Source: Candidatus Marinacidobacterales bacterium (GTDB taxonomy: Bacteria > Acidobacteriota > Vicinamibacteria > Marinacidobacterales > SMYC01). Taken from it: a stretch of 64,000 bases of DNA. A program made the translations under genes and the position numbers. The notes under the pieces were generated by a model. The model saw nothing but the letters and a program-made list of their open reading frames with translations, ran no database searches and had not been told where the DNA came from. Below are positions 1 through 9,512 of the stretch, one piece after another. The first letter of the stretch is position 1, and each line of letters opens with the position of its first letter. The stretch is from NCBI GenBank assembly GCA_965224085.1, contig CBDCYI010000009.1:192001-256000 (forward strand), in the 5' to 3' direction.

Positions 1-2
1 AC

Positions 3-713
3 ATCGAGCGCGGGATTGATGTCGGAGCGCGGGCTGTTCCCTATCATCCAGCCCTCATCCGGCACGATGGCGTACCGTTCCAAGAGACGATGGTAGTCTT
101 CGGCCTTTTTTTCACCGGTGACCTCGACTTCGTGAAAAAAAGCCTCCACGCCGCTGCGCGCCACCTTGTCACGCTGCTCGTGGATCTCCCCTTTCGTGAA
201 AAGGATGAGCCGATGCCGCTGGCGCAGAAGCGGGAGCGTCTCTTTGACACCTGGCAGGTACTGGATGGGCATGCGCCGCACACGCTCCGCGAGCGAGAGG
301 ATACGGGCGCGGTCGCAAGAGGAAGCCCGCTTTCCCTCTACTTCCTCGAGAGTATCCAAGAGGGACTGGGAGAAGCCACGGCACCCATAGCCGTGGACTG
401 GGATATTGCGCTTCTCGATTTGGGTGAGCCGATCGCGTGCCGGCTCGCGCTCCCCTCCGCGCGACTCGACGATGTTGAGAAAACGCTCGGTCGCCGCCTC
501 GAAATGGATGTTGTTCTCCCAAAGGGTGTCGTCAGCGTCAATGATGAGCGTCGATCTCAAGGGACCTCCGAAGCGCAGCCGGAAAGCACAAACCTGCTAA
601 ACACGCGGAAATGGTACAGCAAATCGGTCGCTCGCTCGTCAACGCCTCGAATGGCGGCCGCACCGCTCATCGCTCATGCTTATGTCTCCATCGTCTCTCT
701 CAGCGCGGCGTAA
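3..713 (+). CDS. hypothetical protein, probably 5'-partial
   Basis: The frame of ORF 90..713 is open back to the window start (IERGIDVGARAV...). No family recognised; the C-terminus overlaps the hisC end and may be unreliable. Confidence 0.4.
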   Translation: MERGIDVGARAVPYHPALIRHDGVPFQETMVVFGLFFTGDLDFVKKSLHAAARHLVTLLVDLPFREKDEPMPLAQKRERLFDTWQVLDGHAPHTLREREDTGAVARGSPLSLYFLESIQEGLGEATAPIAVDWDIALLDLGEPIACRLALPSARLDDVEKTLGRRLEMDVVLPKGVVSVNDERRSQGTSEAQPESTNLLNTRKWYSKSVARSSTPRMAAAPLIAHAYVSIVSLSAA

Positions 714-1768
714 AGCGTCTCATTCTCTTCGCTCGTCCCAATCGTGACGCGCAACATGTTTTGGAGCCGTGGATGTGCGCTCACGTTTCGAACGAGAACG
801 CCGCGTTCGAGCAGTCCGTGGAACGTCTTGTCCCCGCCTAACGAAGTACGGAAGAGAAGAAAGTTCGTTTTCGACGGAAACACGTCGATGCCCGGTAGCT
901 CCTCGAGGCGCGCGCTGAGCGCGTCGCGCGCCGCCGCAATCTCCGCCGCACGCGCGACCACTAAATCGTAGTGAGACAGAGCCGCTAAAACCGCCTCTTG
1001 CGATACCCGGTTCAGCGGATACGGTTGCTGCACTTTGACGATTTGACAACGCAAAGTGGGCTGTAGCAGCACATAGCCAACACGGAGCCCGGCCATGCCG
1101 AGCGCTTTCGAGAACGTGCGGAAGATCAGCAGGTTGTCGAACTCGTCGAGAAGCGCGCGTCCGTTCTCGCCGGCAAACTCCCAATAAGCTTCATCGAGAA
1201 CGACGAGCCCGGGTGCGCACTCCGCGATCCGCCGGATGCCCTCCACCCAAAGAACCGTTCCCGTAGGGTTGTTCGGAGAGCATAAAAAAACGAGATAGGG
1301 CGTGTGCTTAGAGACCGCGTCGACGAAAGCGTCCACGTCGTACGCGAAGCTTTCCGTCAGCGGAACTTCGACCACATCGGCCCCTTGGATCCGGGCCGCT
1401 TGGCCATAGACGAAGAAGCTTGGCGTCGGTGCGAGTGCCGTGCGGCCTGGGTCGAGCACGGCGAGTGCGAGTGTGTTGAGAAGCTCGTCAGAGCCGTTGC
1501 CGACGAGGATGCCGTCCACCGGCCAGTCGAAAGCTTTCGCCAAGGCCGCGCGAATCTCCTTCTGGCCCGGCGTTGGGTAGCGGAAAAGAGGGACTTTCCG
1601 CACCCGCTTTTCAATCTCGGCGAGGATCCGTTCCGGAGGCCCCAGCGTGTTCTCGTTTTGATCCAGCTTCACCGATGACGGATGCGGGTCGAGCCGGTAC
1701 GCAGTGAGCGCGCGCACACGGGGCAGGATCAAAGAGGTGAGGTCGTCTTGCATCGATCTGGTGGTCAT
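680..1768 (-). CDS. hisC: histidinol-phosphate aminotransferase
   Basis: Motifs KLDQNEN, GNGSDE, LCSPNNPTG, LDEAYWEF and the PLP lysine motif RTFSKALGMAGLRVGY. Confidence 0.95.
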   Translation of the reverse strand: MTTRSMQDDLTSLILPRVRALTAYRLDPHPSSVKLDQNENTLGPPERILAEIEKRVRKVPLFRYPTPGQKEIRAALAKAFDWPVDGILVGNGSDELLNTLALAVLDPGRTALAPTPSFFVYGQAARIQGADVVEVPLTESFAYDVDAFVDAVSKHTPYLVFLCSPNNPTGTVLWVEGIRRIAECAPGLVVLDEAYWEFAGENGRALLDEFDNLLIFRTFSKALGMAGLRVGYVLLQPTLRCQIVKVQQPYPLNRVSQEAVLAALSHYDLVVARAAEIAAARDALSARLEELPGIDVFPSKTNFLLFRTSLGGDKTFHGLLERGVLVRNVSAHPRLQNMLRVTIGTSEENETLYAALRETMET

Positions 1769-1878
1769 GTTCGAATCGGATGGCTATCGCGCGCGCATGA
1801 GCTTCGACATATTGCGGCGTCGTCGCGCTTCGCGGCCAAAACGCCTGGCACAACTTCGAGAAGCGTTCGGTCCGTCAC
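1765..1878 (-). pseudogene. possible relic of histidinol dehydrogenase (C-terminal end only)
   Basis: EAHARAIAIRF directly upstream of hisC resembles the HisD C-terminus; a GTG start at 1878 follows the upstream stop. Confidence 0.35.
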
Positions 1879-4338
1879 TCAGGTCCCCACATATCGCGCG
1901 TACAAGCTGCGTGCAACGGCCGGGTCCTCCGTGCCGTGCACGATTGCGCGGCCGTCTTTGAAGAGCACGATCTCGTGCGCGGCGAGCTTGACACGTAGAA
2001 GATGATCGTTGACTTTCACTTCGCCTAATCCTCGCAGCCGCTCCGCCACGGCGTCGAGCTCCATCGATTGGCTCTTCGAAGGCCGCACCTGAACCGCGTT
2101 GCGGCCGCACAGCGTGACCGCTTGACCGCCTTTTCCGCCAATGAGGAAGCTGAATTCATGCCGACCGCAAGCTGGACATTCTTCCCGTGCTCGTGCGGGG
2201 CGAAACGCATCGACCCGTCCGCGCCACACATCGAGCGAGAGCACTTCGCCGTGGAGCGCATCTTCTCGGCCCGCCAATATCTTGAGCGCTTCCGAGACTT
2301 GGAACCCCGCGACCGCGTGCACGATGGGTGCGATGACTCCCGCGGTATCGCAGGTAGGCGACGTCCCGGGGGCGGGCTCCTCCTCCATGAAACAGCGGAG
2401 ACACGGCGTCCGTCCCGGGATGACGACGAAGCTCATGCCGTAGCTCCCGACGCAAGCCGCATAGATCCAGGGAACGCTGCTTTCGACGGACGCGTCGTTC
2501 AAGAGATAACGCGTCTCGAAGTTGTCGGTGCCGTCGAGCACGAGGTCCGCGCTCTGGAAGAGCGAAGAAACATTTCCCGCGTGCACATCGGCTACGATGG
2601 CCTCCACGCGCACGTTGCTGTTGATGCGTGACAGCTTGCCCGCCGCGGCGACCGCTTTTGGAAGCCCCTGCCGCCAGTCGTCCTCGTCGAAAAGACTCTG
2701 CCGCTGCAAGTTCGATTCGTCGACGTAGTCGCGATCGACGATGCGCACGCTTGCGACACCCGCACGGGTGATCATCTCGGAGGAGACCGAGCCGAGCGCG
2801 CCGACACCGACGACGAGCACCCTTTTTGCGCCGATGTTTCTCTGCCCCTCTTCCCCGATCTCGCTGAACAGGACCTGGCGCGAGTAACGGGAGGCGGCCG
2901 CGTCGCCGCGCGCGCTCGCTTCCATGTCTTCGCGGCTCGGCCGCTCCCCAGTCCAAAGCTCCGCCTGATGGACCGCTTGCGCGGCAAGCATCTCGATACC
3001 CGAAATCGTCGCGGCCCCCGAAGCTCGGGCGTTCGCGATGAGCGGTGTGCGCTCGGGAACCGTCACCATGTCGAAGACGAGAGCGTTGCTCGCGATCTTC
3101 CCGACCGGGAGCGATTCACCGGAGCCTCCGAGCGGCGTGGCGTTGACGAGCAGATCCCAAGTGAGGTCCGGTAGCTCGTCGAGCGCACCGCAGGCTGCGC
3201 CGACACGCTCGGCAAGCTCTTTGGCCCGCGCTTTGTCGCGCGCGAGCACGCGAAGCGCGACCCCGACGTCGCAGAGTGCATAGGCAGCCGCGCGCGCGGC
3301 TCCACCCGCACCGACCAGCACCGCGCTCTTTTGGCTCCAATCGCCTTTTGCGACCAGTGGGGTGAAGACCCCGTCGCGATCCGTGTTGTACCCCGTCCAC
3401 GCGCCGGCCCGCACCACAACGGTGTTGACGGCACCGATTTCCGCGGCGCGTGCATCGACTTCGTCGAGATGAGGCAGGATGGCTTGTTTGAAAGGAAGCG
3501 TGACCGAGAGCCCCGACACCCCGAGCGCTTTTGCGGCGCGCACGAAGTCTTCGAGGCGCTCTTCTTCGAAAGGCACGTACACGGCGTTCTTGCTGACGCG
3601 CTCGAACAACGCATTGTGCATTGCCGGCGAGCGGCTCATGAGCGCCTGCGTTCCCAAGATCCCGTAGATATCGGTGCTCGGTCCGATCGACGGAAATCGA
3701 TAGAGCGTCAACATGTCGTCGAGCGAGACTTGACCCGGTCCGGTCGGTGCAACGCCCCGTGCCGACGCGTAGGTAAAGGCAGCGCCGAGTTTGTTCGCGA
3801 GGATCCTCGCCGCTACGCCGGCGGGTCCCATCGCGACCGGAATGAACGTCGCCTCCTCTTTGTCGAGGCGCTCGCCAAAACGTGCGAGCTCGACAGCTTC
3901 GGCAAGAGACGTGACGCGTGCCGCGATTTTTACGACGTCCGCGCCGAGCTCGAGCGCGCGGTCGATGAGACGCCCGGGCTCTTTGGGAAGCCCGTCGAAG
4001 CTGTGACACGATAGAATGAGCTGCGCACGGCTTTCGGGCGGACGCTCGCGCAGCGCATCGATCTCCATGTCCACGTAGTTGAAGCCTCCGTTTGCCGCGC
4101 GTTCGAGAAGCGCAAGGCGATCGCTCTCGCTACCTTTGTATGCTCCGCCTTCCTTCGCCGAACGGCATGTCAGAACGATTGGGCCGTCAACGTCCTTTCG
4201 AAGGCGCGCGAGGTCCGGACGATCGATCCCGTCGACGCGGAGCTCGATGAGGTCCGCACCTTCGCACCCGCGGCGCGCCAAGCGCACTAGCTCGTCGGTC
4301 GAGCTCGCACTCACGGATGCGATCAGTTTCGTGTTCAA
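1879..4338 (-). CDS. fusion: type I 3-dehydroquinate dehydratase + shikimate dehydrogenase + MoeB/ThiF-family adenylyltransferase
   Basis: N-terminal IELRVD, TCRSAKEGG, DVVKIA (AroD). Middle SRSPAMHN, GLSVTLPFK, GAVNT, NTD, GAGGAARA (AroE). C-terminal RYSRQ, GVGALGS, DRDYVDESNLQRQ, DGTDNFETR and two CxxC motifs (MoeB/ThiF). Confidence 0.92.
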   Translation of the reverse strand: MNTKLIASVSASSTDELVRLARRGCEGADLIELRVDGIDRPDLARLRKDVDGPIVLTCRSAKEGGAYKGSESDRLALLERAANGGFNYVDMEIDALRERPPESRAQLILSCHSFDGLPKEPGRLIDRALELGADVVKIAARVTSLAEAVELARFGERLDKEEATFIPVAMGPAGVAARILANKLGAAFTYASARGVAPTGPGQVSLDDMLTLYRFPSIGPSTDIYGILGTQALMSRSPAMHNALFERVSKNAVYVPFEEERLEDFVRAAKALGVSGLSVTLPFKQAILPHLDEVDARAAEIGAVNTVVVRAGAWTGYNTDRDGVFTPLVAKGDWSQKSAVLVGAGGAARAAAYALCDVGVALRVLARDKARAKELAERVGAACGALDELPDLTWDLLVNATPLGGSGESLPVGKIASNALVFDMVTVPERTPLIANARASGAATISGIEMLAAQAVHQAELWTGERPSREDMEASARGDAAASRYSRQVLFSEIGEEGQRNIGAKRVLVVGVGALGSVSSEMITRAGVASVRIVDRDYVDESNLQRQSLFDEDDWRQGLPKAVAAAGKLSRINSNVRVEAIVADVHAGNVSSLFQSADLVLDGTDNFETRYLLNDASVESSVPWIYAACVGSYGMSFVVIPGRTPCLRCFMEEEPAPGTSPTCDTAGVIAPIVHAVAGFQVSEALKILAGREDALHGEVLSLDVWRGRVDAFRPARAREECPACGRHEFSFLIGGKGGQAVTLCGRNAVQVRPSKSQSMELDAVAERLRGLGEVKVNDHLLRVKLAAHEIVLFKDGRAIVHGTEDPAVARSLYARYVGT

Positions 4339-4513
4339 AACGCCCCTATCCCCTCGTGGCTCTTAAACGGGATCCATCTTTTCAGGAAGGTGCCGGGTTA
4401 GCCCGCGGAAAGGCCGACTAACCCACGATATCGTGGGCACGGCGAAAGACATGGCTGCTGAGGAGCACAGCGTCGAGGACGCATTCAGTCTTGGCCGTCA
4501 TGACGAGCACAAG

Positions 4514-4543
4514 AGGCTAGCATCGCGCTTCAATCATTGTCAA
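4514..4543 (-). promoter_or_regulatory. sigma70-type promoter for the aroDE-moeB-hisC unit
   Basis: Minus strand TTGACA-18 nt-TAGCCT with an extended -10 TG. Confidence 0.55.
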
Positions 4544-4608
4544 GGCGATTGATCCTTTAACCACGTTGAACTAATATAGTTTGTTAGGTTTACAGAGAAT
4601 TCCTTCTG

Positions 4609-6453
4609 ATGAAAGACGCTTTCGGAACACTCTTCTTGCTGCTCTTGTTTGCAAGCTTCGCTGCCGCTTCTCCCCTCGAGAACTTAGAGACGATCCCGGT
4701 CTCTGATATCCGGCCCGGCATGGTCGGCGAAGGCCGTACGGTGTTCTCCGGCAGCACGATCGAGTCGTTCAAAGTCACGATATTGGGCGTGTTGCGCAAC
4801 TATGGCCCGAATCAGAACATGATCCTCGCAGAGCTTGAAGGCGGACCGTTGGCCCATACGGGCGTCATCGCAGGGATGAGCGGGAGCCCCGTCTATATCG
4901 ACGGAAAACTCATCGGCGCCGTCGCCTTCGCTTTCCCATTCGCGAAGGATCCCATCGCGGGCATTACTCCGATCCAGGAGATGGTGGAAGCCACCGCGAC
5001 GCCTTCGCGACGCCGCGCTGCCGCACGACTCGAGTTCCCGCTTGCACCCAACACTTTGGCCGGCGCCGTTCCCAAAAAACTACACCCTGTCTCGATTCAA
5101 GGCGTTTCACTCACCGGCGTCGAGTTTCTACAACCACATATCGGAAGACAACTCACGCCGATCGCGACACCAGCTTCTGTCTTGGGGTTTCCGGCGGAGT
5201 CTTTCGAGCACATCGCGCCGCTTCTGCGCGAGCTCGGCATAGAGCCCTTGATGGGCGGCGCGGCAGTAGTACTGAGCGGAGGGTCGCAGGAAGGCACGAG
5301 CCCGAGCCCACCGCTAGCACCCGGCTCCTCCGTGGGCGTTGGCCTCGTTACGGGAGATCTGCAAATCACTGCCGCGGGAACGGTCACGCACGTGGACCCG
5401 GATACGGGCACCGTTTATGCTTTTGGCCACCCGCTCTTCAATCTCGGCCCGATCGAATATCCGATGACGAGCTCTAACGTCCATCTCGTCCTGCCGTCGC
5501 TCATGAACTCCTTCAAGATGGCGAGCAGCGGCGAGACCATCGGCACTTGGGTTCAGGATCGCGCGACGGCCATTCGCGGCGTTTTGGATATCCGGCCCCG
5601 CATGATCAAGATGAACGTCACCGTGTCGACGAGCCGGGGAGAAGAGAAGAACTATAAGGTCGAGATCGTCGATGACGAACTGTTCACGCCGGTTCTGACC
5701 TATGCGTCTCTCGTCGCCATCCTTCAGTCCACCGAGCGGCAGTTCGGCTCTCAAACGGTAAAGCTCTCCGCTTGGATCGAGACCACGTCCCACGGACGGA
5801 TCAACATCGAGGACGTTTTTGCGGATCAGCAGGCTGCGGTATCCGCGTCCGCCATGGTCGCCGCACCGATCTCGTTCCTGATGACCAACGACTTCGAGAA
5901 CGTCGAGCTCGAGAATATTCATGTTAGCCTCGAAGCGACCGAAAGCCCCTTGAACGCTCGTCTTCTCCGCGCGTGGCTCGATTCCGACGAGGTCGCCCCG
6001 GGAGGTACGGTCAAGCTCAAGATCCTCCTCGGAACCTATCGGGGGGACGAGATTCTCGAAACCGTCGACGTCGCAATACCATCCCATATGAGTTCGGGAC
6101 GACTTCAGCTCATCGTTGCCGATGCGCGAACGCTTTCCGCGCTCGAGCGGCGCGAATCTCGGCAGTCATTCGTACCGAAGGATATGAGCCAGCTCATCCG
6201 CGCCATCAACGCGCTTCGAAGGAACAACCGTCTCTACGTCCGGCTCAGCCGCCGCGGCGCGCACGGCGCGATCGTGGCCGGCGAATATCTGACGACTTTG
6301 CCTCCAAGTGTCCTCAACGTTCTCGAAGGGGACGGCTCGTCCTCGAGCAACTACACGCCACTCCGCAACTCCGCGTTCTGGGAACATGAAGTCGTCACCC
6401 AATACAGTGTGTCGGGCTCGCAAACGCTCTATCTGAAAGTGAACAAGCGCTGA
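4609..6453 (+). CDS. SpoIVB/peptidase S55 domain protein, secreted
   Basis: Signal peptide; GVIAGMSGSPVYIDGKLIGAV and AFGHP motifs. Confidence 0.9.
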   Translation: MKDAFGTLFLLLLFASFAAASPLENLETIPVSDIRPGMVGEGRTVFSGSTIESFKVTILGVLRNYGPNQNMILAELEGGPLAHTGVIAGMSGSPVYIDGKLIGAVAFAFPFAKDPIAGITPIQEMVEATATPSRRRAAARLEFPLAPNTLAGAVPKKLHPVSIQGVSLTGVEFLQPHIGRQLTPIATPASVLGFPAESFEHIAPLLRELGIEPLMGGAAVVLSGGSQEGTSPSPPLAPGSSVGVGLVTGDLQITAAGTVTHVDPDTGTVYAFGHPLFNLGPIEYPMTSSNVHLVLPSLMNSFKMASSGETIGTWVQDRATAIRGVLDIRPRMIKMNVTVSTSRGEEKNYKVEIVDDELFTPVLTYASLVAILQSTERQFGSQTVKLSAWIETTSHGRINIEDVFADQQAAVSASAMVAAPISFLMTNDFENVELENIHVSLEATESPLNARLLRAWLDSDEVAPGGTVKLKILLGTYRGDEILETVDVAIPSHMSSGRLQLIVADARTLSALERRESRQSFVPKDMSQLIRAINALRRNNRLYVRLSRRGAHGAIVAGEYLTTLPPSVLNVLEGDGSSSSNYTPLRNSAFWEHEVVTQYSVSGSQTLYLKVNKR

Positions 6454-6490
6454 CGATCTTCCCGGAACACGAGTCGAAAGGAATCTGAAC

Positions 6491-8728
6491 TTGCGCAAGC
6501 AGCCTGCTGGTCGTGTCCTGCTCGTCGCCGCTGCCTTGTCTGCCGAACTCGTAGCACTCGCTGCCGTCCCGACATTCTGGCGGGTCGAGAGCCAGGCGGA
6601 TTTTCTCGACGGTGATACCGATGGCGTCTCCATCAGCTCCGAGGGCACGGTTAGCCTCGCACCCGCGGCGCAAGTGCTCGGCGAAACCACCGACCCGCAG
6701 CTCTGGTCCCTCGCGAGCGACCGCGACGGGGTCGTTTATGCGGGCAGCGGCAATGACGGCCGGATTTACAAAGTCGATGCCTCCGGCACGATGAACGTCT
6801 TTGTCGACACGAACGAGCTCCAAGTACACGCACTCGTCGTCGACCGTCGCGGAAACCTCTATGCAGGCACTTCGCCCCGAGGCGTCGTCTATCGCATCGA
6901 CCCGAGCGGCGCCCAGGAAATTTTTTTCGACCCCGAGGATCGCTATATCTGGGCGCTCGCGCTCGATTCGTTGAACAATCTTCTCGTCGCCACCGGCGAC
7001 GAAGCGCAGGTTCATCGGGTGAGCCGTTCCGGTGAGAGCGAGGTGCTCTTCACGAGCGAGGAGACCCATATCGTCTCGCTCGCTCTCGATGGCTCCGACA
7101 ACATCTATGCAGGGACCGCGTCGAACGGTCTCGTTCTCAAGCTAAACGCCTCCGGCGATGCGAGTGTCCTCTTCGACACTCCGTTCGAAGAAGTGCGCGC
7201 CCTGGTGACGGATACGCGCGGTCGTGTCTTTGTCACCACCGTCAATGGCGGCTCACGCCCTGTGAGTGCGCCTTCGATGCCGTCGAGCACGCCGTCTCCG
7301 ACAACGAACGTCACCTCGGAAGTTACAGCGTCGGTGACGGTGACCACATCCACCACGCCGGTCGTCGCGAGCGCCGCGAGCACTTCAGATGCTCTCTCGA
7401 GCGGCTCCGCGAAAGGTGCTCTCTATCGGATCGACGCCGATGGCGCCACCGAAGAGCTGTGGAAATTTATCCAAGACACCCCCCTCTCCCTTTTGCTCTC
7501 GACCGACGACCGTTTGATGGTGGGGACGGGTAACGCGGGACGCGTTTTCTTCGTGAATCAAAACAAGACGAGCTCCCTTCTCTTGAGCGTCGAGGCCGAC
7601 CAAGTCACCGCGATGCAGGCGGGCGTGGGTGGAGCGGTTCTTCTTGCGACGGCCAATCCGGCCAAGCTCTATCGCCTCAACCGCGGCCGTCGCACGGAGG
7701 GGATTTATCAGTCGCCGACCAAGGATACGGAGACCGTCTCGTTCTGGGGGCGCATCCGCTGGGAGGCGCTCGTCCCCTCCGGGACCTCGGTCGCGATTCA
7801 AACGCGCTCCGGAAACTCCGCCGAGCCCGACAACACGTGGAGTGATTGGTCCACACGCTACACCGAAGCCACGGGGACTCAAATCACAAGCCCGCGCGGC
7901 AGGTTCTTTCAATGGAGGGCCACCCTGAATTCGACGGGCGAGACGAGTCCCGAGATTCTCGACGTTACCGCGATCTATCTTCAGCAGAATCTACCTCCCG
8001 AGGTCTCCGGAATAACGATTCACCCACCCGGTCGGGTCTTTCAAAAACCGATCGTTACGACGGGGGAGATCGAGGTGCTCGGGATGGTTGGAACGCTCTC
8101 CGACGACGGGCGAGATGGAAATGGCGTCCCCAGTGCGAACGGTCCACCGTTGAACCTGACCGCGATGAGCCGTCCCGTTTATCGCAAAGGCGTTCAGACC
8201 GTGACGTGGAACGGCACCGACCCGAACAAAGACGATTTGACCTTCGACGTGCATTACCGGGCCGAAGGCGAGACCTTGTGGCGCGTTCTGCGCGAAGGAC
8301 TCACGAGCCCGGTCATCGCCTGGGATACGGTGGGGATGCCGGACGGGCGCTACACGCTGAAAGTCATCGCAAGCGACTTGTCGGGCAATCCCGCCGAGCT
8401 CGCGCGCACCCGGGAGAGGATGAGCCGGAGTTTAGAGATCGACAACACACCGCCTCGAGTGGAAGCTCTCGCGGTAAGCTCGTCTTCCGGCGGACACCAG
8501 ATTGGCTTCGTGGCGCGGGACGAAATAAGCCCCATCCGGCGCGTCGAATACACTGTCAACTCGGGAGCGTGGAAAGTCGTCTTTCCCGTCGACGGGATTG
8601 CCGACTCGACGGAAGAGAGCTTCGACTTCGAGCTCGATGGCTACGGGGACGGGGGCGTTTACACGCTCGTGGTGAAGCTGACGGACGGGCTCGGAAACGT
8701 CGGGACGGCTGAGGCCGAGCTACGCTAG
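6491..8728 (+). CDS. secreted beta-propeller protein with Ser/Thr/Pro linker and C-terminal FN3/Ig-like domains
   Basis: Repeated (W/V)xLAxDxxGxxYAGT blades, a low-complexity S/T/P linker, TRSGNS..PDNTWSDWS, DGRYTLKVIASD, IDNTPP. Confidence 0.8.
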   Translation: MRKQPAGRVLLVAAALSAELVALAAVPTFWRVESQADFLDGDTDGVSISSEGTVSLAPAAQVLGETTDPQLWSLASDRDGVVYAGSGNDGRIYKVDASGTMNVFVDTNELQVHALVVDRRGNLYAGTSPRGVVYRIDPSGAQEIFFDPEDRYIWALALDSLNNLLVATGDEAQVHRVSRSGESEVLFTSEETHIVSLALDGSDNIYAGTASNGLVLKLNASGDASVLFDTPFEEVRALVTDTRGRVFVTTVNGGSRPVSAPSMPSSTPSPTTNVTSEVTASVTVTTSTTPVVASAASTSDALSSGSAKGALYRIDADGATEELWKFIQDTPLSLLLSTDDRLMVGTGNAGRVFFVNQNKTSSLLLSVEADQVTAMQAGVGGAVLLATANPAKLYRLNRGRRTEGIYQSPTKDTETVSFWGRIRWEALVPSGTSVAIQTRSGNSAEPDNTWSDWSTRYTEATGTQITSPRGRFFQWRATLNSTGETSPEILDVTAIYLQQNLPPEVSGITIHPPGRVFQKPIVTTGEIEVLGMVGTLSDDGRDGNGVPSANGPPLNLTAMSRPVYRKGVQTVTWNGTDPNKDDLTFDVHYRAEGETLWRVLREGLTSPVIAWDTVGMPDGRYTLKVIASDLSGNPAELARTRERMSRSLEIDNTPPRVEALAVSSSSGGHQIGFVARDEISPIRRVEYTVNSGAWKVVFPVDGIADSTEESFDFELDGYGDGGVYTLVVKLTDGLGNVGTAEAELR

Positions 8729-9511
8729 TCTCAAAAGATACGAACAGCAACGGTTCGCGGCGCTGAGCCGCGGCCCGTTCGCGATCGTCGACAGGAGGCG
8801 GTCTCCGGGACGAACCTCCGTCGTCGTGAAAAAATAAAGGAAGTTCACGGAAATGGTCTCGTCGCCAAGGCGCACGGGCTCGAATCCCGAGCTGCGCACC
8901 GCTTCCAGTGTGCGCGTCAGCATTTCTTCGTCGCCGCTGCGATAAATCACATCGAGCGCTTGCACCATACCGTTACGGTCAATGGAGGCCATCGTCAAGA
9001 GCGTGCCTTCTTTTCCGAACTCCACATCTGCGAAAGCGAGATGGCCGACCGCGCTTTCCCGGAAACGCGGTGAGCTCATCACTTCGTGTAACAGCACCGG
9101 CTCGGGCAGAGTCGATTCCAGGATCGCCGTGGTGAGGCTACGCGCAGCCTCCTCGCCGTATTGCTGATCGAAAAGGACGACGAGCCCGATGAGAAGCACG
9201 GTAGCTAGCGTGCCGAGTCCTAGCGCCGAGAAAAATCCGGAAGGCTGTTTCGCCCGCATGATCTCGCTGCGCAGCACAGGAACCATCCCGCGCTCTTCGG
9301 CGTCAATTTGTTCCCGAATCTTGGAAGCGAGGGTCTGAGGCGCTCTCATCATTCCGAGATGACGTACGGTATTAGCCGCACTCGACAGCTCGTCGTACTC
9401 GGCGACGCAACGCTCGCAGTCCCTGAGATGTCCGTCCACGCGCGCTGCGGCGGCGGCAGACAGCTCGCCGTCGTAATGGGCAGAGAGCACCGTGGTTCGT
9501 AAATGCAACAT
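8720..9511 (-). CDS. zf-HC2 anti-sigma factor with transmembrane helix and TonB-C-like domain
   Basis: LSAHYDGEL..HLRDCERC (HxxxCxxC), a TM segment, and a C-terminal IDRNGMVQ..EAVRSSGFEP segment; lies directly downstream of the ECF sigma. Confidence 0.8.
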   Translation of the reverse strand: MLHLRTTVLSAHYDGELSAAAAARVDGHLRDCERCVAEYDELSSAANTVRHLGMMRAPQTLASKIREQIDAEERGMVPVLRSEIMRAKQPSGFFSALGLGTLATVLLIGLVVLFDQQYGEEAARSLTTAILESTLPEPVLLHEVMSSPRFRESAVGHLAFADVEFGKEGTLLTMASIDRNGMVQALDVIYRSGDEEMLTRTLEAVRSSGFEPVRLGDETISVNFLYFFTTTEVRPGDRLLSTIANGPRLSAANRCCSYLLRLA

Positions 9512-9512
9512 G

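Noticed and set aside
4385-4505. Moco, ZTP or c-di-GMP riboswitch, or an amino-acid attenuator
   Set aside because: I could not match the consensus elements of these riboswitches. The uORF lacks runs of aromatic or His codons, and no U-tailed terminator is evident.
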